Shown here in pieces: positions 40,645-49,244 of a stretch of DNA of 64,000 nucleotides. The notes beneath the pieces are model-generated. The model saw only the letters and a program-made list of their open reading frames with translations. It was not told the DNA's origin and ran no database searches. The position numbers were made by a program, and so were the translations under genes. The stretch is from IMG/VR virus record IMGVR_UViG_3300044612_002649. The stretch is one strand, 5' to 3'. Source of the stretch: an uncultured virus (IMG/VR IMGVR_UViG_3300044612_002649) (lineage: Duplodnaviria; Heunggongvirae; Uroviricota; Caudoviricetes). Each line of letters opens with the position of its first letter. Positions within the stretch are counted from its first letter, which is position 1.

Positions 40645-43101
40645 TTAGAATCTAAAAAGAGCATTTGATGATGTCTGTTCATTGGTACTCATTAGATCCC
40701 ATTCTAATACACCGATCAAATTTGACACTTTTTTATCAATAATAACAGCTTCCATTGCTGAATGTTCAAATGGTAGTTCTTTAAACCACTGTGGTAATCT
40801 CAGTTCATCAACAGGGTAAGCAACACTGGTAAATCCTAATGGATTATCTTTCAGTTTACATACAATTACTTTAGCACCATCAGTAATATTCATTGAATAT
40901 TTGTCAGAAAATACCGATTTTAAAGTATTCCAATTCAGACTAGCTCGAACATGACCAGGCATATTTGCTTTACCAGTGTTATCTTCTAATGCTCGATATT
41001 TGGTGATATTATTAGCTCGTTTCGGGCTACCTTTTTCCCAGCCTGGTCTTGCTTTGAATAAAGATCTAAATTCTGATATTCGATTCAAAACTTCTTTTTC
41101 AGGAGAACCAGTTAATACCATTTCTAATATTTCACTCAAGAAATTTTGCATGAATTCAGGGGTATCTGATCGTTTCAAATCTAATCCCATTGCTTTTATC
41201 TCACCAGGTTTGCCATCTTTATCTTTGCGTTTCCCTTCTTTATCGTACACTAATACCGCATATCGTTTTTTTGTAATGAACAATGCTTTACTACCAACAA
41301 TTTCTCGTCCAGCTTTAATAACTTCACCTCTAATTGGTGGGCAATGAAATGCTGATAACATGAATGGAGAGAATGTTTTGTTTACGTCTTCACCTATCTG
41401 ATCGTATAATGCAGATACATCTTCTTTCTCCCATGGGATATTTCCAGCTTCTATTTCTTTTTTGAAGATTGGATATGCAGAAAAATAAACCGAGTCTGTA
41501 TCACCATAAATAACAGCCTTGCCAATATGATTGTATTCACCTGTTACAATTTGATTAACAGTTCCAGCCATATGTTTAGCAATTTGTCTACCAGTCAATG
41601 TTACCGATTGACCAATACGTTTATCGTAAAATCTACAACCGGCATTTAAAATAGCACCGTATAAACTGTTCAAATTAATTTTTTTAACTAATTGTCTTTT
41701 ATCCCAGTATTCTTCCTGTTCTTTATCACCTGCTGCAATAGCTTCCTTGAGTTTCTTTTGCATATCTTTACGTTCAGCATACCATCGTTTTAATAATCCT
41801 GGAATGATTGCTTCATTTTCATATGTAAAAATAGTACCATTTGCACTTAACATCCATGGCTGTTTTGATTCAAAGATCATTTGATAAATGCGATCAGCGC
41901 TCGCAACATCAGACCCACCATCTTCCCAGTCAATAGTAATCTGCTTATCGTATTCTTTATTCATAACAGCAGTGTATTCTAATGTGCCAAATACACCTTC
42001 CCAAGATGCGGTAATTGATCGACCGTTTGCCATCTCAGATTTAAGAAATGCATCGGTCATATCAGGACGAAGCTGACCAACAATAGTTTCTGGGCCCATA
42101 TTGAGAGCACGAATTACTGATGGATATAGTGAATTGATGTCTAATGAGCCAACCCAATCATGCAATCCTTCTTTTGGGTTTGCTACATAAGCACCAGCTG
42201 CCATGTTTTCTGATGTGCTATCAGATTTGAGTCTAGTTGGTACTTGAAACCCGCGTTGATGCGCTTCATTAATAATAGCTTGCTCGGTTACTGCTACTGC
42301 ACCCATAGTGGTTTGTAGTAATACCGTATTTTCATGTGCTAATGTATTAGCTAGATCTAAAAACTTTAATTTTTTATCTAGCTTTTCCAACAGCATAGTA
42401 TCTTGTCTGTTATATTCAATAAATGTTCTAAAATCATTATTATATAACTGATCAAGTGTTCCCTCATATGCTGTTTTATGCTCACCTAACTCATATTCAG
42501 CAATTGCATCTAGGCGATAGCTATGACGCTCTTCGTAAGTATATTTGCGATAAAGTTCCAAACTATCCATATGAACTCTACCCACAAAATCATAGGTTGA
42601 TGCTGTCTTACCATATCTTTCATATTCACGTTTTTTCGGGAATTGATTGAATAGACAGAAACGTCTAGTATCATCTTTGCTTAATACTTTGGTAACCCGA
42701 TTAACGGTGTATGGAATATCAAAACCTTCTGAATTCCAGCCACTTAATACATCGGCATCTTTTATTAAATCCAAAAATGTATCTAATAGTTCTGCTTCAG
42801 TATTGAATAATATAGTGTTTGGAAATTCTTTGACAATTTCGGTTGCTTCCTCCATTGACAAGGTTTTTGGAGGGATTGCAAGACATACCAGAGTGTTTAA
42901 CCATTGTAAGTGAACTGCAATCGCAGTAATTGGCATAAATGCATCATCTGGTGATGCATATCCTGGTCCAGGTTTTAAATAGCTACAATCTGCAATATTA
43001 ACCCATTTTTTTAATGTTTCATCGTAAACTTCATACTCATCTTTATTTTGTATGTTACTTAATTCAAATACTGATATTTCTTTTTCTTCCAATATTCCCA
43101 T
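40645..43101 (-). CDS. Family B DNA polymerase, large C-terminal subunit of a split gene
   Basis: ExoII WNSEGFD, ExoIII YNRQD, DINSLYPS, KINLNSLYG, YGDTDS, KKRY; no ExoI DIE; own GAGG SD. Confidence 0.92.
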   Translation of the reverse strand: MGILEEKEISVFELSNIQNKDEYEVYDETLKKWVNIADCSYLKPGPGYASPDDAFMPITAIAVHLQWLNTLVCLAIPPKTLSMEEATEIVKEFPNTILFNTEAELLDTFLDLIKDADVLSGWNSEGFDIPYTVNRVTKVLSKDDTRRFCLFNQFPKKREYERYGKTASTYDFVGRVHMDSLELYRKYTYEERHSYRLDAIAEYELGEHKTAYEGTLDQLYNNDFRTFIEYNRQDTMLLEKLDKKLKFLDLANTLAHENTVLLQTTMGAVAVTEQAIINEAHQRGFQVPTRLKSDSTSENMAAGAYVANPKEGLHDWVGSLDINSLYPSVIRALNMGPETIVGQLRPDMTDAFLKSEMANGRSITASWEGVFGTLEYTAVMNKEYDKQITIDWEDGGSDVASADRIYQMIFESKQPWMLSANGTIFTYENEAIIPGLLKRWYAERKDMQKKLKEAIAAGDKEQEEYWDKRQLVKKINLNSLYGAILNAGCRFYDKRIGQSVTLTGRQIAKHMAGTVNQIVTGEYNHIGKAVIYGDTDSVYFSAYPIFKKEIEAGNIPWEKEDVSALYDQIGEDVNKTFSPFMLSAFHCPPIRGEVIKAGREIVGSKALFITKKRYAVLVYDKEGKRKDKDGKPGEIKAMGLDLKRSDTPEFMQNFLSEILEMVLTGSPEKEVLNRISEFRSLFKARPGWEKGSPKRANNITKYRALEDNTGKANMPGHVRASLNWNTLKSVFSDKYSMNITDGAKVIVCKLKDNPLGFTSVAYPVDELRLPQWFKELPFEHSAMEAVIIDKKVSNLIGVLEWDLMSTNEQTSSNALFRF

Positions 43102-43804
43102 CGTTCCCTCGATATTTTGAAATATATGTTACACAAGCACCATTTTCTAATAATCCATTATAATGTTGTAATCTATACTTTATTTGTCTATAAGTATATC
43201 CAGTTATAGACAATACATCATCATATGATGAAAATTCAATTGTTTCATTGTTGACTGTAGTCATCAAAAATGTAGAACTTTTCCCCTTTTTGATAGAATC
43301 ACCACGTTTTTTATGATCACATTTTTGAACTGAATTTTTCATTCGTAAATCCATGTCTTCTTTAGACATTAATGATAATGTAGATTTTAATGTATTCCTT
43401 ACCTTATCATAATCGTAGTTATAAACTCCGGATTTATGATTTTGCAAAAACTTTTTTTTACGGTCTATGCATTTATTAGGATTATTTTCAGAAAATTTGA
43501 TTCTAGCCGCTGAATATGAATGACTAGTAACCCGATATTCATTGTATCCTTTTCTAGTTTTTGACATCCACCATAATGCATATATCATTTTTTTATAAAA
43601 TATAGGTGTATCTTTATATATTTTAACCAATAATAAATGGCATATAAAATGTTCACGGGTGGTTAACAATACTAAATTTTCTTTACTATTATCACCACCA
43701 CAACTACGTGGTATTATATGATGCTTTTCTAACAATATATTTTTAGTTCTATTTTTTAATTGTGCGGATTTAATTATATCGTTGTATATTTTTAAATAAT
43801 TCAT
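43064..43804 (-). mobile_element. Free-standing HNH homing endonuclease (Mob-like) inserted in polB
   Basis: EKHHIIPRSCGGDNSKENLVLLTTREHFICH; AAGGAG SD; late promoter GATAAATA at 43823-43830. Confidence 0.9.
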
Positions 43805-43853
43805 AGTATTCTCCTTTAGAATTATTTATCATTATTACTTCGATATCAAACAA

Positions 43854-44243
43854 TCATTGTTTTTTTCTGATTTTAACCATGTGCTGGGATGATACTGCAA
43901 ATGCTTGCATATCAACCTCAATATCAAACCATGCTACATTAAGCTTTGGTGCATCTTGGTTTATGTAATGTTCACTGAGACAAACAAATATTGGGTTTAG
44001 ATCGGCTTCAAAAAGTTTTTTGTTACCATTGACAGCTACTTCTTTACGAAAATCTCGTGTATTTTTACATACAACTTTCGTTAATGGTTTGCCATATATT
44101 GATCGGTATTTTCCTTTAGTATCACCATAATAAAATGTAGGTTTTACTGGGAAATCTCGGTATTCTCTACCACCTGCTTTATTGCGTTCAACGACTTTTA
44201 CAATATCAGCAGTTTTATCAAAAAATGCATCTACATAGCTCAT
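43854..44243 (-). CDS. Family B DNA polymerase, small N-terminal subunit (N-terminal domain + ExoI)
   Basis: MSYVDA...FEADLNP...LNVAWFDIEVD followed by an 18-aa tail. Confidence 0.88.
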   Translation of the reverse strand: MSYVDAFFDKTADIVKVVERNKAGGREYRDFPVKPTFYYGDTKGKYRSIYGKPLTKVVCKNTRDFRKEVAVNGNKKLFEADLNPIFVCLSEHYINQDAPKLNVAWFDIEVDMQAFAVSSQHMVKIRKKQ

Positions 44244-44401
44244 TCTGAATCCCCCATTAAAGAGGTTTCGTCTTCACCACGTTGTTTTGCTACATCTTCT
44301 GATAGCATTTCTTCAATTTTGCATGAACATCTAGCTTCACAATCGTGAAGTGACGGACATGTTTCACATACTTCAAATTCGAAGTCTTTGTTAATTTCCA
44401 T
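44240..44401 (-). CDS. Small Cys-rich protein
   Basis: Start revised to MEINKD (GGAG SD); CxxC..CxxxCxC; ATGA overlap with the polB N-terminal gene. Confidence 0.6.
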   Translation of the reverse strand: MEINKDFEFEVCETCPSLHDCEARCSCKIEEMLSEDVAKQRGEDETSLMGDSE

Positions 44402-44415
44402 ATTATATTCTCCAT

Positions 44416-44464
44416 TTATGATTTCCGGCTCATAAGCACCCATCTATGCGGTTTATGGCCCAGC
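44416..44464 (-). promoter_or_regulatory. Twin hairpins with GCCNNAAA loops, possible translational operator
   Basis: gc(t)gg-GCCATAAA-ccgc and ttatga-GCCGGAAA-tcataa just upstream of the SD. Confidence 0.4.
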
Positions 44465-44487
44465 CTACCTTTCCAATAACTATTAAA

Positions 44488-44742
44488 TTAAATATTTTTA
44501 GTAATATCTAAAATAGCTTCAACTTCTTGCCAATCTTCATTATGATTGTTCCAATCACCTTTATATGCAATTTTAATTGCTTTATTAATGATTGCAGGTT
44601 TGATGTCTAATTCATCAGCAATACTTTTTACAGTTTCTTTCAAGCTTTCACGTAGATCATCAATTTCCCGCATGACTGTGCCGCCTTCGGTAATGATTTT
44701 TTCTAGTTTAGCTTTTTCTTCTGGTCCATACGAACGACTCAT
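44488..44742 (-). CDS. DsbA/GapR-like dsDNA-binding protein
   Basis: 84 aa, EIDDLRESLKE....IADELDIKPAII.KAI pattern. Confidence 0.6.
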   Translation of the reverse strand: MSRSYGPEEKAKLEKIITEGGTVMREIDDLRESLKETVKSIADELDIKPAIINKAIKIAYKGDWNNHNEDWQEVEAILDITKNI

Positions 44743-44775
44743 GATATCTCCTTATATGAGTGATTAAAAAAATTT

Positions 44776-44804
44776 ATTATACAATAATGCAGGATAGTTG
44801 TCAA
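44776..44804 (-). promoter_or_regulatory. Consensus sigma70 promoter of the dsbA-polB operon
   Basis: TTGACA-N17-TATAAT. Confidence 0.85.
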
Positions 44805-44814
44805 GTGATTTAGA

Positions 44815-44840
44815 GGAAAATGGCGGGAAATCCCGCCATT
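44815..44840 (-). terminator. Intrinsic terminator closing the late cargo cluster
   Basis: aatggcggga-tt-tcccgccatt followed by TT. Confidence 0.8.
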
Positions 44841-44841
44841 A

Positions 44842-46485
44842 TTATTTCTTTAATTGATCCCATTGACTTTTTAAGCTGGATAGCTCTTGAGCCAATGCTG
44901 GTGATGTGTCAGTACTTGCATACTTAATCAACCAGTCAATTTGTGACGAAAGTTGTGATAATTCTGGTGTATTACCACCAATTCCTGGCGCATTAGTAGG
45001 TTCAGATGGTTTCTCTGAGTTACTGGGAATATTAGATGGAGCAGATATATCTGGTTTACCATGCTGATTAGGGGTGGTATCTGGTTTAATATCTGGTTTA
45101 ATATCTGGTGCGGTATCATTTGAAACAACAATATTACCCTCTGGATTAAATGTATATCCATACAATGCTAACCCCGCTAATATTGTTGCAATTTTGTGAT
45201 TGCCAGCAAATTTAGCGAGTTTCCCACCAATTTTGGCCGCGAGTCCAGCACCAAATACGGCAGCTTTGCCACTCAGTACCGCAGCTTTAGCAGCCGCTTT
45301 GCCACCAAAAATTGCAGCTCCTCTAGTGCCTTTTCCAAGTTTATTTGCAAATTTGTCAGCATTTGATGGTTGATGGTATGGGTTTACAAATTCCACATCA
45401 CCTTTTTCTAATGATTTTGCATACCCTGCGTCTTTTTCTGCTTGTGTAAGCTTGCGCCCAACTGTGGATTTATTACCAATACCTCTGCCGAAATTCTTTG
45501 CAGCATTCACCGCACCGGTAATAGCAGCAGTTTTCCAGCCTTCATCTAGCGCATCTAGTGTTTTTCGCAATGCTGCAATTTTCTCCGCTTCGGTTACAGC
45601 TGCTTTAACTTCATCATTTGCCGCATCTCCTACTAATTTCACATATGCTTCTAAATCAGATGGTAGTTTTTTAGAGGCTGTATATTGTTTTAATGCAGCT
45701 ACGGTCTTATCACCAAATTTCCCATCTGAGCCAGTTGGCCCAACATCAAATCCAGCATTAATCAGCTTTGTTTGAAGTTCTGAAACTATATCATGTGGAC
45801 TAGCTTGATTCTCAATATGATTACCATCATTAGTAGCAGCCGGTTTTGCTGAATTATCAACCGGGGTTGAGGTTTGCTTGGTATCAGGTGTTGTAGTAGG
45901 CGCTTTATCATCAGCAAATGGGTTTGCCAATTCATCCTTCCCATATGCCAAATCAGCAGCTGCTAATCCCCACCCAAGTGGTCCACCGACCGCCATTGAT
46001 GGTGCAAATGAGCCAGCATCATACAACCACGGACTACGTTTTTTTGCAGCATTATTTTTTTCTATTTCTTGTTTAAGGGCATCTTCGTAACTAATATCAC
46101 CAGTCGCTGATCTAATTTTCGCTGCTATTTCTGGTGCATATCCCAATGTAGCACCTGATGCTACACCTCTGCCAAAATCAGCTGCATCACTTTTAAATTG
46201 CTCTTTACTATATTCTTGTAATAAGTCATCATATTCATACCCGAAACTTTCAATTAATTCTCGTGAGATAGATTCCTTAACAGTGTAATTAATACCTTTT
46301 AATTTAGCATACTGATTTATCAATGCTTTAATTTGATTAATCTCGGCTTCTTGTGATGCTTTTCGATCAGTCTGCCATTTTTCCAAATCAGCTTGGGCTT
46401 GTTTATTCTTATCAGCTACTTCTTGATTATCAAACACACCCTCAGATATATTATCTATTGTATTTAAAATATTTCTAATATCCAT
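44842..46485 (-). CDS. Putative head-internal modular protein with peptidoglycan-binding domain
   Basis: VSELQTKL..AGF..G...DGKFGDKTVAALKQY (PG_binding_1-like); several L/I-x-E motifs; G/A-rich hydrophobic segments. Confidence 0.6.
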   Translation of the reverse strand: MDIRNILNTIDNISEGVFDNQEVADKNKQAQADLEKWQTDRKASQEAEINQIKALINQYAKLKGINYTVKESISRELIESFGYEYDDLLQEYSKEQFKSDAADFGRGVASGATLGYAPEIAAKIRSATGDISYEDALKQEIEKNNAAKKRSPWLYDAGSFAPSMAVGGPLGWGLAAADLAYGKDELANPFADDKAPTTTPDTKQTSTPVDNSAKPAATNDGNHIENQASPHDIVSELQTKLINAGFDVGPTGSDGKFGDKTVAALKQYTASKKLPSDLEAYVKLVGDAANDEVKAAVTEAEKIAALRKTLDALDEGWKTAAITGAVNAAKNFGRGIGNKSTVGRKLTQAEKDAGYAKSLEKGDVEFVNPYHQPSNADKFANKLGKGTRGAAIFGGKAAAKAAVLSGKAAVFGAGLAAKIGGKLAKFAGNHKIATILAGLALYGYTFNPEGNIVVSNDTAPDIKPDIKPDTTPNQHGKPDISAPSNIPSNSEKPSEPTNAPGIGGNTPELSQLSSQIDWLIKYASTDTSPALAQELSSLKSQWDQLKK

Positions 46486-47162
46486 TATTTTCCTTTTGGG
46501 ACACAGTTAGGTACATTTTTTGCACCTTTCTTTTTCATCCCGACCTGTTTGTATCCGTTCCAACAACTTTCATTGGTTGGATTTGGGAGAAGTTTTTGTT
46601 CACCGACAATCGCATCATACTGATCCATGGTCAATACATCACCCTGTTTGCTAAAATCAATTAATTTTTCAGTAACATTATGCAAATCCATATCAGTTTT
46701 AGCATCTTCACGTGCATATTCTAATAAACGAATTAGTAATGGTATATCCATCTTAACAATATCTTTCGGATTATCTATATCTTCCATTGGCAAATTACTT
46801 TGCGCTCCTGGACCAACACCACCAGTAAATCCAGCAGAATGCCCGGGAATTGCTGATTCTTTCATTTGAACACGTTCAGCAATGGTTCTTGCAAATTGGT
46901 TGAGTTTTTTCTTTTCAACTGCTTTTGCTTGTTGCAAAGTTTCTTCTGCTTCTGCAAAATATTGTTTTAGTAATGATGGTTTAGGTTGCTCTTTTATTAC
47001 CGGGGTAGAATAATGTTGCATAGCCATTTGAACAGGAAGGCTAACCTTGTGTGGATTAGCCCCCTCGTTAATTATGCTCATGAATTGTTTCATATCATTT
47101 GCACCTTCTACTGGTTTAACGGCAGTACCATCTAGTGCCTGTAGAATTTTTTTCATATCCAT
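46485..47162 (-). CDS. Putative head-internal modular protein
   Basis: MDMKKIL start; IINE, VIKE, QMKE, PTNE; C-terminal CW.GY..VG.K.KG...VPNCVP. Confidence 0.6.
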   Translation of the reverse strand: MDMKKILQALDGTAVKPVEGANDMKQFMSIINEGANPHKVSLPVQMAMQHYSTPVIKEQPKPSLLKQYFAEAEETLQQAKAVEKKKLNQFARTIAERVQMKESAIPGHSAGFTGGVGPGAQSNLPMEDIDNPKDIVKMDIPLLIRLLEYAREDAKTDMDLHNVTEKLIDFSKQGDVLTMDQYDAIVGEQKLLPNPTNESCWNGYKQVGMKKKGAKNVPNCVPKGK

Positions 47163-48760
47163 TACTGTAATCCGCTCAATATTTTAATTGCCGATACTTC
47201 AGCTGATTCATTAATTGATTCTTTTTTAGCTAGTGAAGCTTTTCTTTCAGCTTTTTCTTTTCTTGCTTTGGCTTGTCTCCACTCTTGACCAGCTTTTTTA
47301 ATTCCAGCGTTATCACCTTTTTCATCAGCTTCCTCGGTAGCATCCGCAGCATTTTGCATTTTAGTTCTTTGACGATCTGCAGCAAGTTTATAATTCTTTT
47401 CAGTAAATGGACTTTGCTTTTTCCAAGGATTTAAATTTAATTCATCAAGTTGTTGATCTTCTTTGAAAACTGGTTGAAATTCTGGTTTAGTTAACAAGTC
47501 TATTGCATAACTAGAATTACTTAAAAATTTTTGCATAGAACCCGGGGTTTTAATCATATATGCATATAATTTTGGATGGGTTTTTTGCAATTTAGCAATT
47601 GCTGGATGAATATCTGTTTTTGATGGCGATGGTTTAATATTTTTAACAGATTTTGTTGGATCACTCACTCCTGCAGAATATTCATCTGGATCAGGATCCC
47701 AGGTATTACCAGCTGGTCTAGCACCTTTGATATTTTTTGGTACTACTGGTAAGAATTTTTCTGGTTTATTTAATTTTGCAACATCACCTGACAGGTCTTC
47801 GGTTTGTTGAGCATCTGCTGCATATACACCTTCGCCAAAAGAAATTTCGACACCTTCTTTAATGTTATTCCACATTGCAGCAGCCGCTACTTTATCACCT
47901 GCTTTTTTTGAACCATATTTTTTAGCAGCTTTAGAAGCTACTTTTTCGAAGTTTTTTCCTGGTTTACCAATATCACCACGTTTTTTATCTTTTTCAACGG
48001 TTGCAGATTTTTTAGCTTTTGATAATCCAGCACTTGGTTTTGCAGATTCATCAATATCTTTTTTATTTTTATTTTTTCTAGCTTGTTCTCTTTTTTTAAT
48101 ACCGTCTTTATATGCTTTTTCTGCATCTTCTTCTGCATCTGCTGGATCATAAAATGGACTATCAGCATATTTACCAGATTTCGGCATATATGGACGTTTT
48201 ACATAATCATCATCGTCTGAATAATTATCTTCTGCCAACCCTTCTTTTGCAACTTTTGATGTTGCTGCTTTCGCTTTTTTGTTGGCACCCGCAATTTTAT
48301 ACACTGGTGCTGCCAATGCTGCGAAATCTTTATCTTTTTTAGCAGATGTACCTTCCAATAATTTACTAGCTTGTGTAACTTTCAATGCTTTTACGGCAGC
48401 ACGAGCTTCATTTAATTTTTGTTGGATGATTTGTTTTTCACTTTCAGTGTACATATCACTATTTTCTAGTTTTTTTCCGTACTCACTGAATTTCATTTCA
48501 TATTCTAAATAATGATATACTGATGCAATATAATCAGCAGCTTTGGTAATTTTAGCTTGGATCCATGCTTCTAATTGATCTTCATCATTAATTTTTTTAA
48601 ATAATTTATAACTATAATTTGATAGTTTGAATAAGTCGGCTTTTGCCATTGCGCCTTCTCGATCAACCGTGCCATCTGGCAAAAGACCTGCTGAAGGTTC
48701 AACGGTAGCTGAATTTGCAGGTGGCGCAAATTCGTCTAATTGTTGGTTTTTGTTTGTCAT
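47162..48760 (-). CDS. Putative head-internal Lys/Ala-rich modular protein
   Basis: QQLDE twice, KLNE, KLLE, DIDE, NIKE, SINE; start likely ATG 48760 (GGAG SD). Confidence 0.6.
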   Translation of the reverse strand: MTNKNQQLDEFAPPANSATVEPSAGLLPDGTVDREGAMAKADLFKLSNYSYKLFKKINDEDQLEAWIQAKITKAADYIASVYHYLEYEMKFSEYGKKLENSDMYTESEKQIIQQKLNEARAAVKALKVTQASKLLEGTSAKKDKDFAALAAPVYKIAGANKKAKAATSKVAKEGLAEDNYSDDDDYVKRPYMPKSGKYADSPFYDPADAEEDAEKAYKDGIKKREQARKNKNKKDIDESAKPSAGLSKAKKSATVEKDKKRGDIGKPGKNFEKVASKAAKKYGSKKAGDKVAAAAMWNNIKEGVEISFGEGVYAADAQQTEDLSGDVAKLNKPEKFLPVVPKNIKGARPAGNTWDPDPDEYSAGVSDPTKSVKNIKPSPSKTDIHPAIAKLQKTHPKLYAYMIKTPGSMQKFLSNSSYAIDLLTKPEFQPVFKEDQQLDELNLNPWKKQSPFTEKNYKLAADRQRTKMQNAADATEEADEKGDNAGIKKAGQEWRQAKARKEKAERKASLAKKESINESAEVSAIKILSGLQ

Positions 48761-48780
48761 GATAAACTCCATTTATCCTG

Positions 48781-48788
48781 TATTTATA
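48781..48788 (-). promoter_or_regulatory. T4-consensus late promoter TATAAATA
   Basis: Exact T4 late consensus upstream of the 47162-48760 gene. Confidence 0.7.
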
Positions 48789-48984
48789 CTCTTTTTGCGA
48801 TACTTCCACCAGTTAGTAGATTATCATTTACATCCAATGCGTTTTTTACAGTACCGTCTTTGTTTTTTCGTTGTTTAGGTGGTGCATCTTGATAAACTGC
48901 ACCAACATTGACATTAGCTGCCATAGTGCTGCCAGATGTTGCAGTTTCCTGCAACGGATGCCCTAATAATTCCGATATTTTCAT
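48784..48984 (-). CDS. Small putative head-internal protein
   Basis: MKISELL...PLQE-TATSG. Confidence 0.6.
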   Translation of the reverse strand: MKISELLGHPLQETATSGSTMAANVNVGAVYQDAPPKQRKNKDGTVKNALDVNDNLLTGGSIAKRV

Positions 48985-49244
48985 TGATTATTCCTTCCAA
49001 ACCAGTGCTTGAACCATTCGCTAGTGCCTGATTGTATGTTTTGTTCCCGTGCTATTTGACCTTTATCACTGCCTGTGATTATAGGAAGTGATGAATGGTT
49101 ATATCTTGCTAATGCTGCTTCACTACCAATTCCACCGAGTTGGCTTGTTTTCATTAATTCATGAATTGGGTCATCCGGTGATAGATAACAATCGTCATCA
49201 CTTTTTGGAACAAAATCAGCAGATGTTATCCTATATTGCTTCAT
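48981..49244 (-). CDS. Hypothetical protein
   Basis: ATGA overlaps on both sides. Confidence 0.7.
   Translation of the reverse strand: MKQYRITSADFVPKSDDDCYLSPDDPIHELMKTSQLGGIGSEAALARYNHSSLPIITGSDKGQIAREQNIQSGTSEWFKHWFGRNNQ

Noticed and set aside
43064..43853. Group I or II intron carrying the HNH gene
   Set aside because: Only 49 nt are non-coding, occupied by the promoter, SD and FDIEV copy. No recognisable core elements, and the downstream half has its own SD and ATG. Not formally excluded without RT-PCR.
43102..43856. Gene 60-style ribosomal bypass or TGA read-through joining the polymerase halves
   Set aside because: The gap is about 750 nt and contains an intact gene; no bypass signals recognised.
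42964..43910. Functional trans-splicing split intein
   Set aside because: No N-terminal Cys/Ser at a clear junction, no TxxH, no HN followed by C/S/T, and too short for a full Hint fold.
45079..45108. 12-nt tandem repeat (PDIK units)
   Set aside because: Short in-frame low-complexity linker with no phase-variation consequence.
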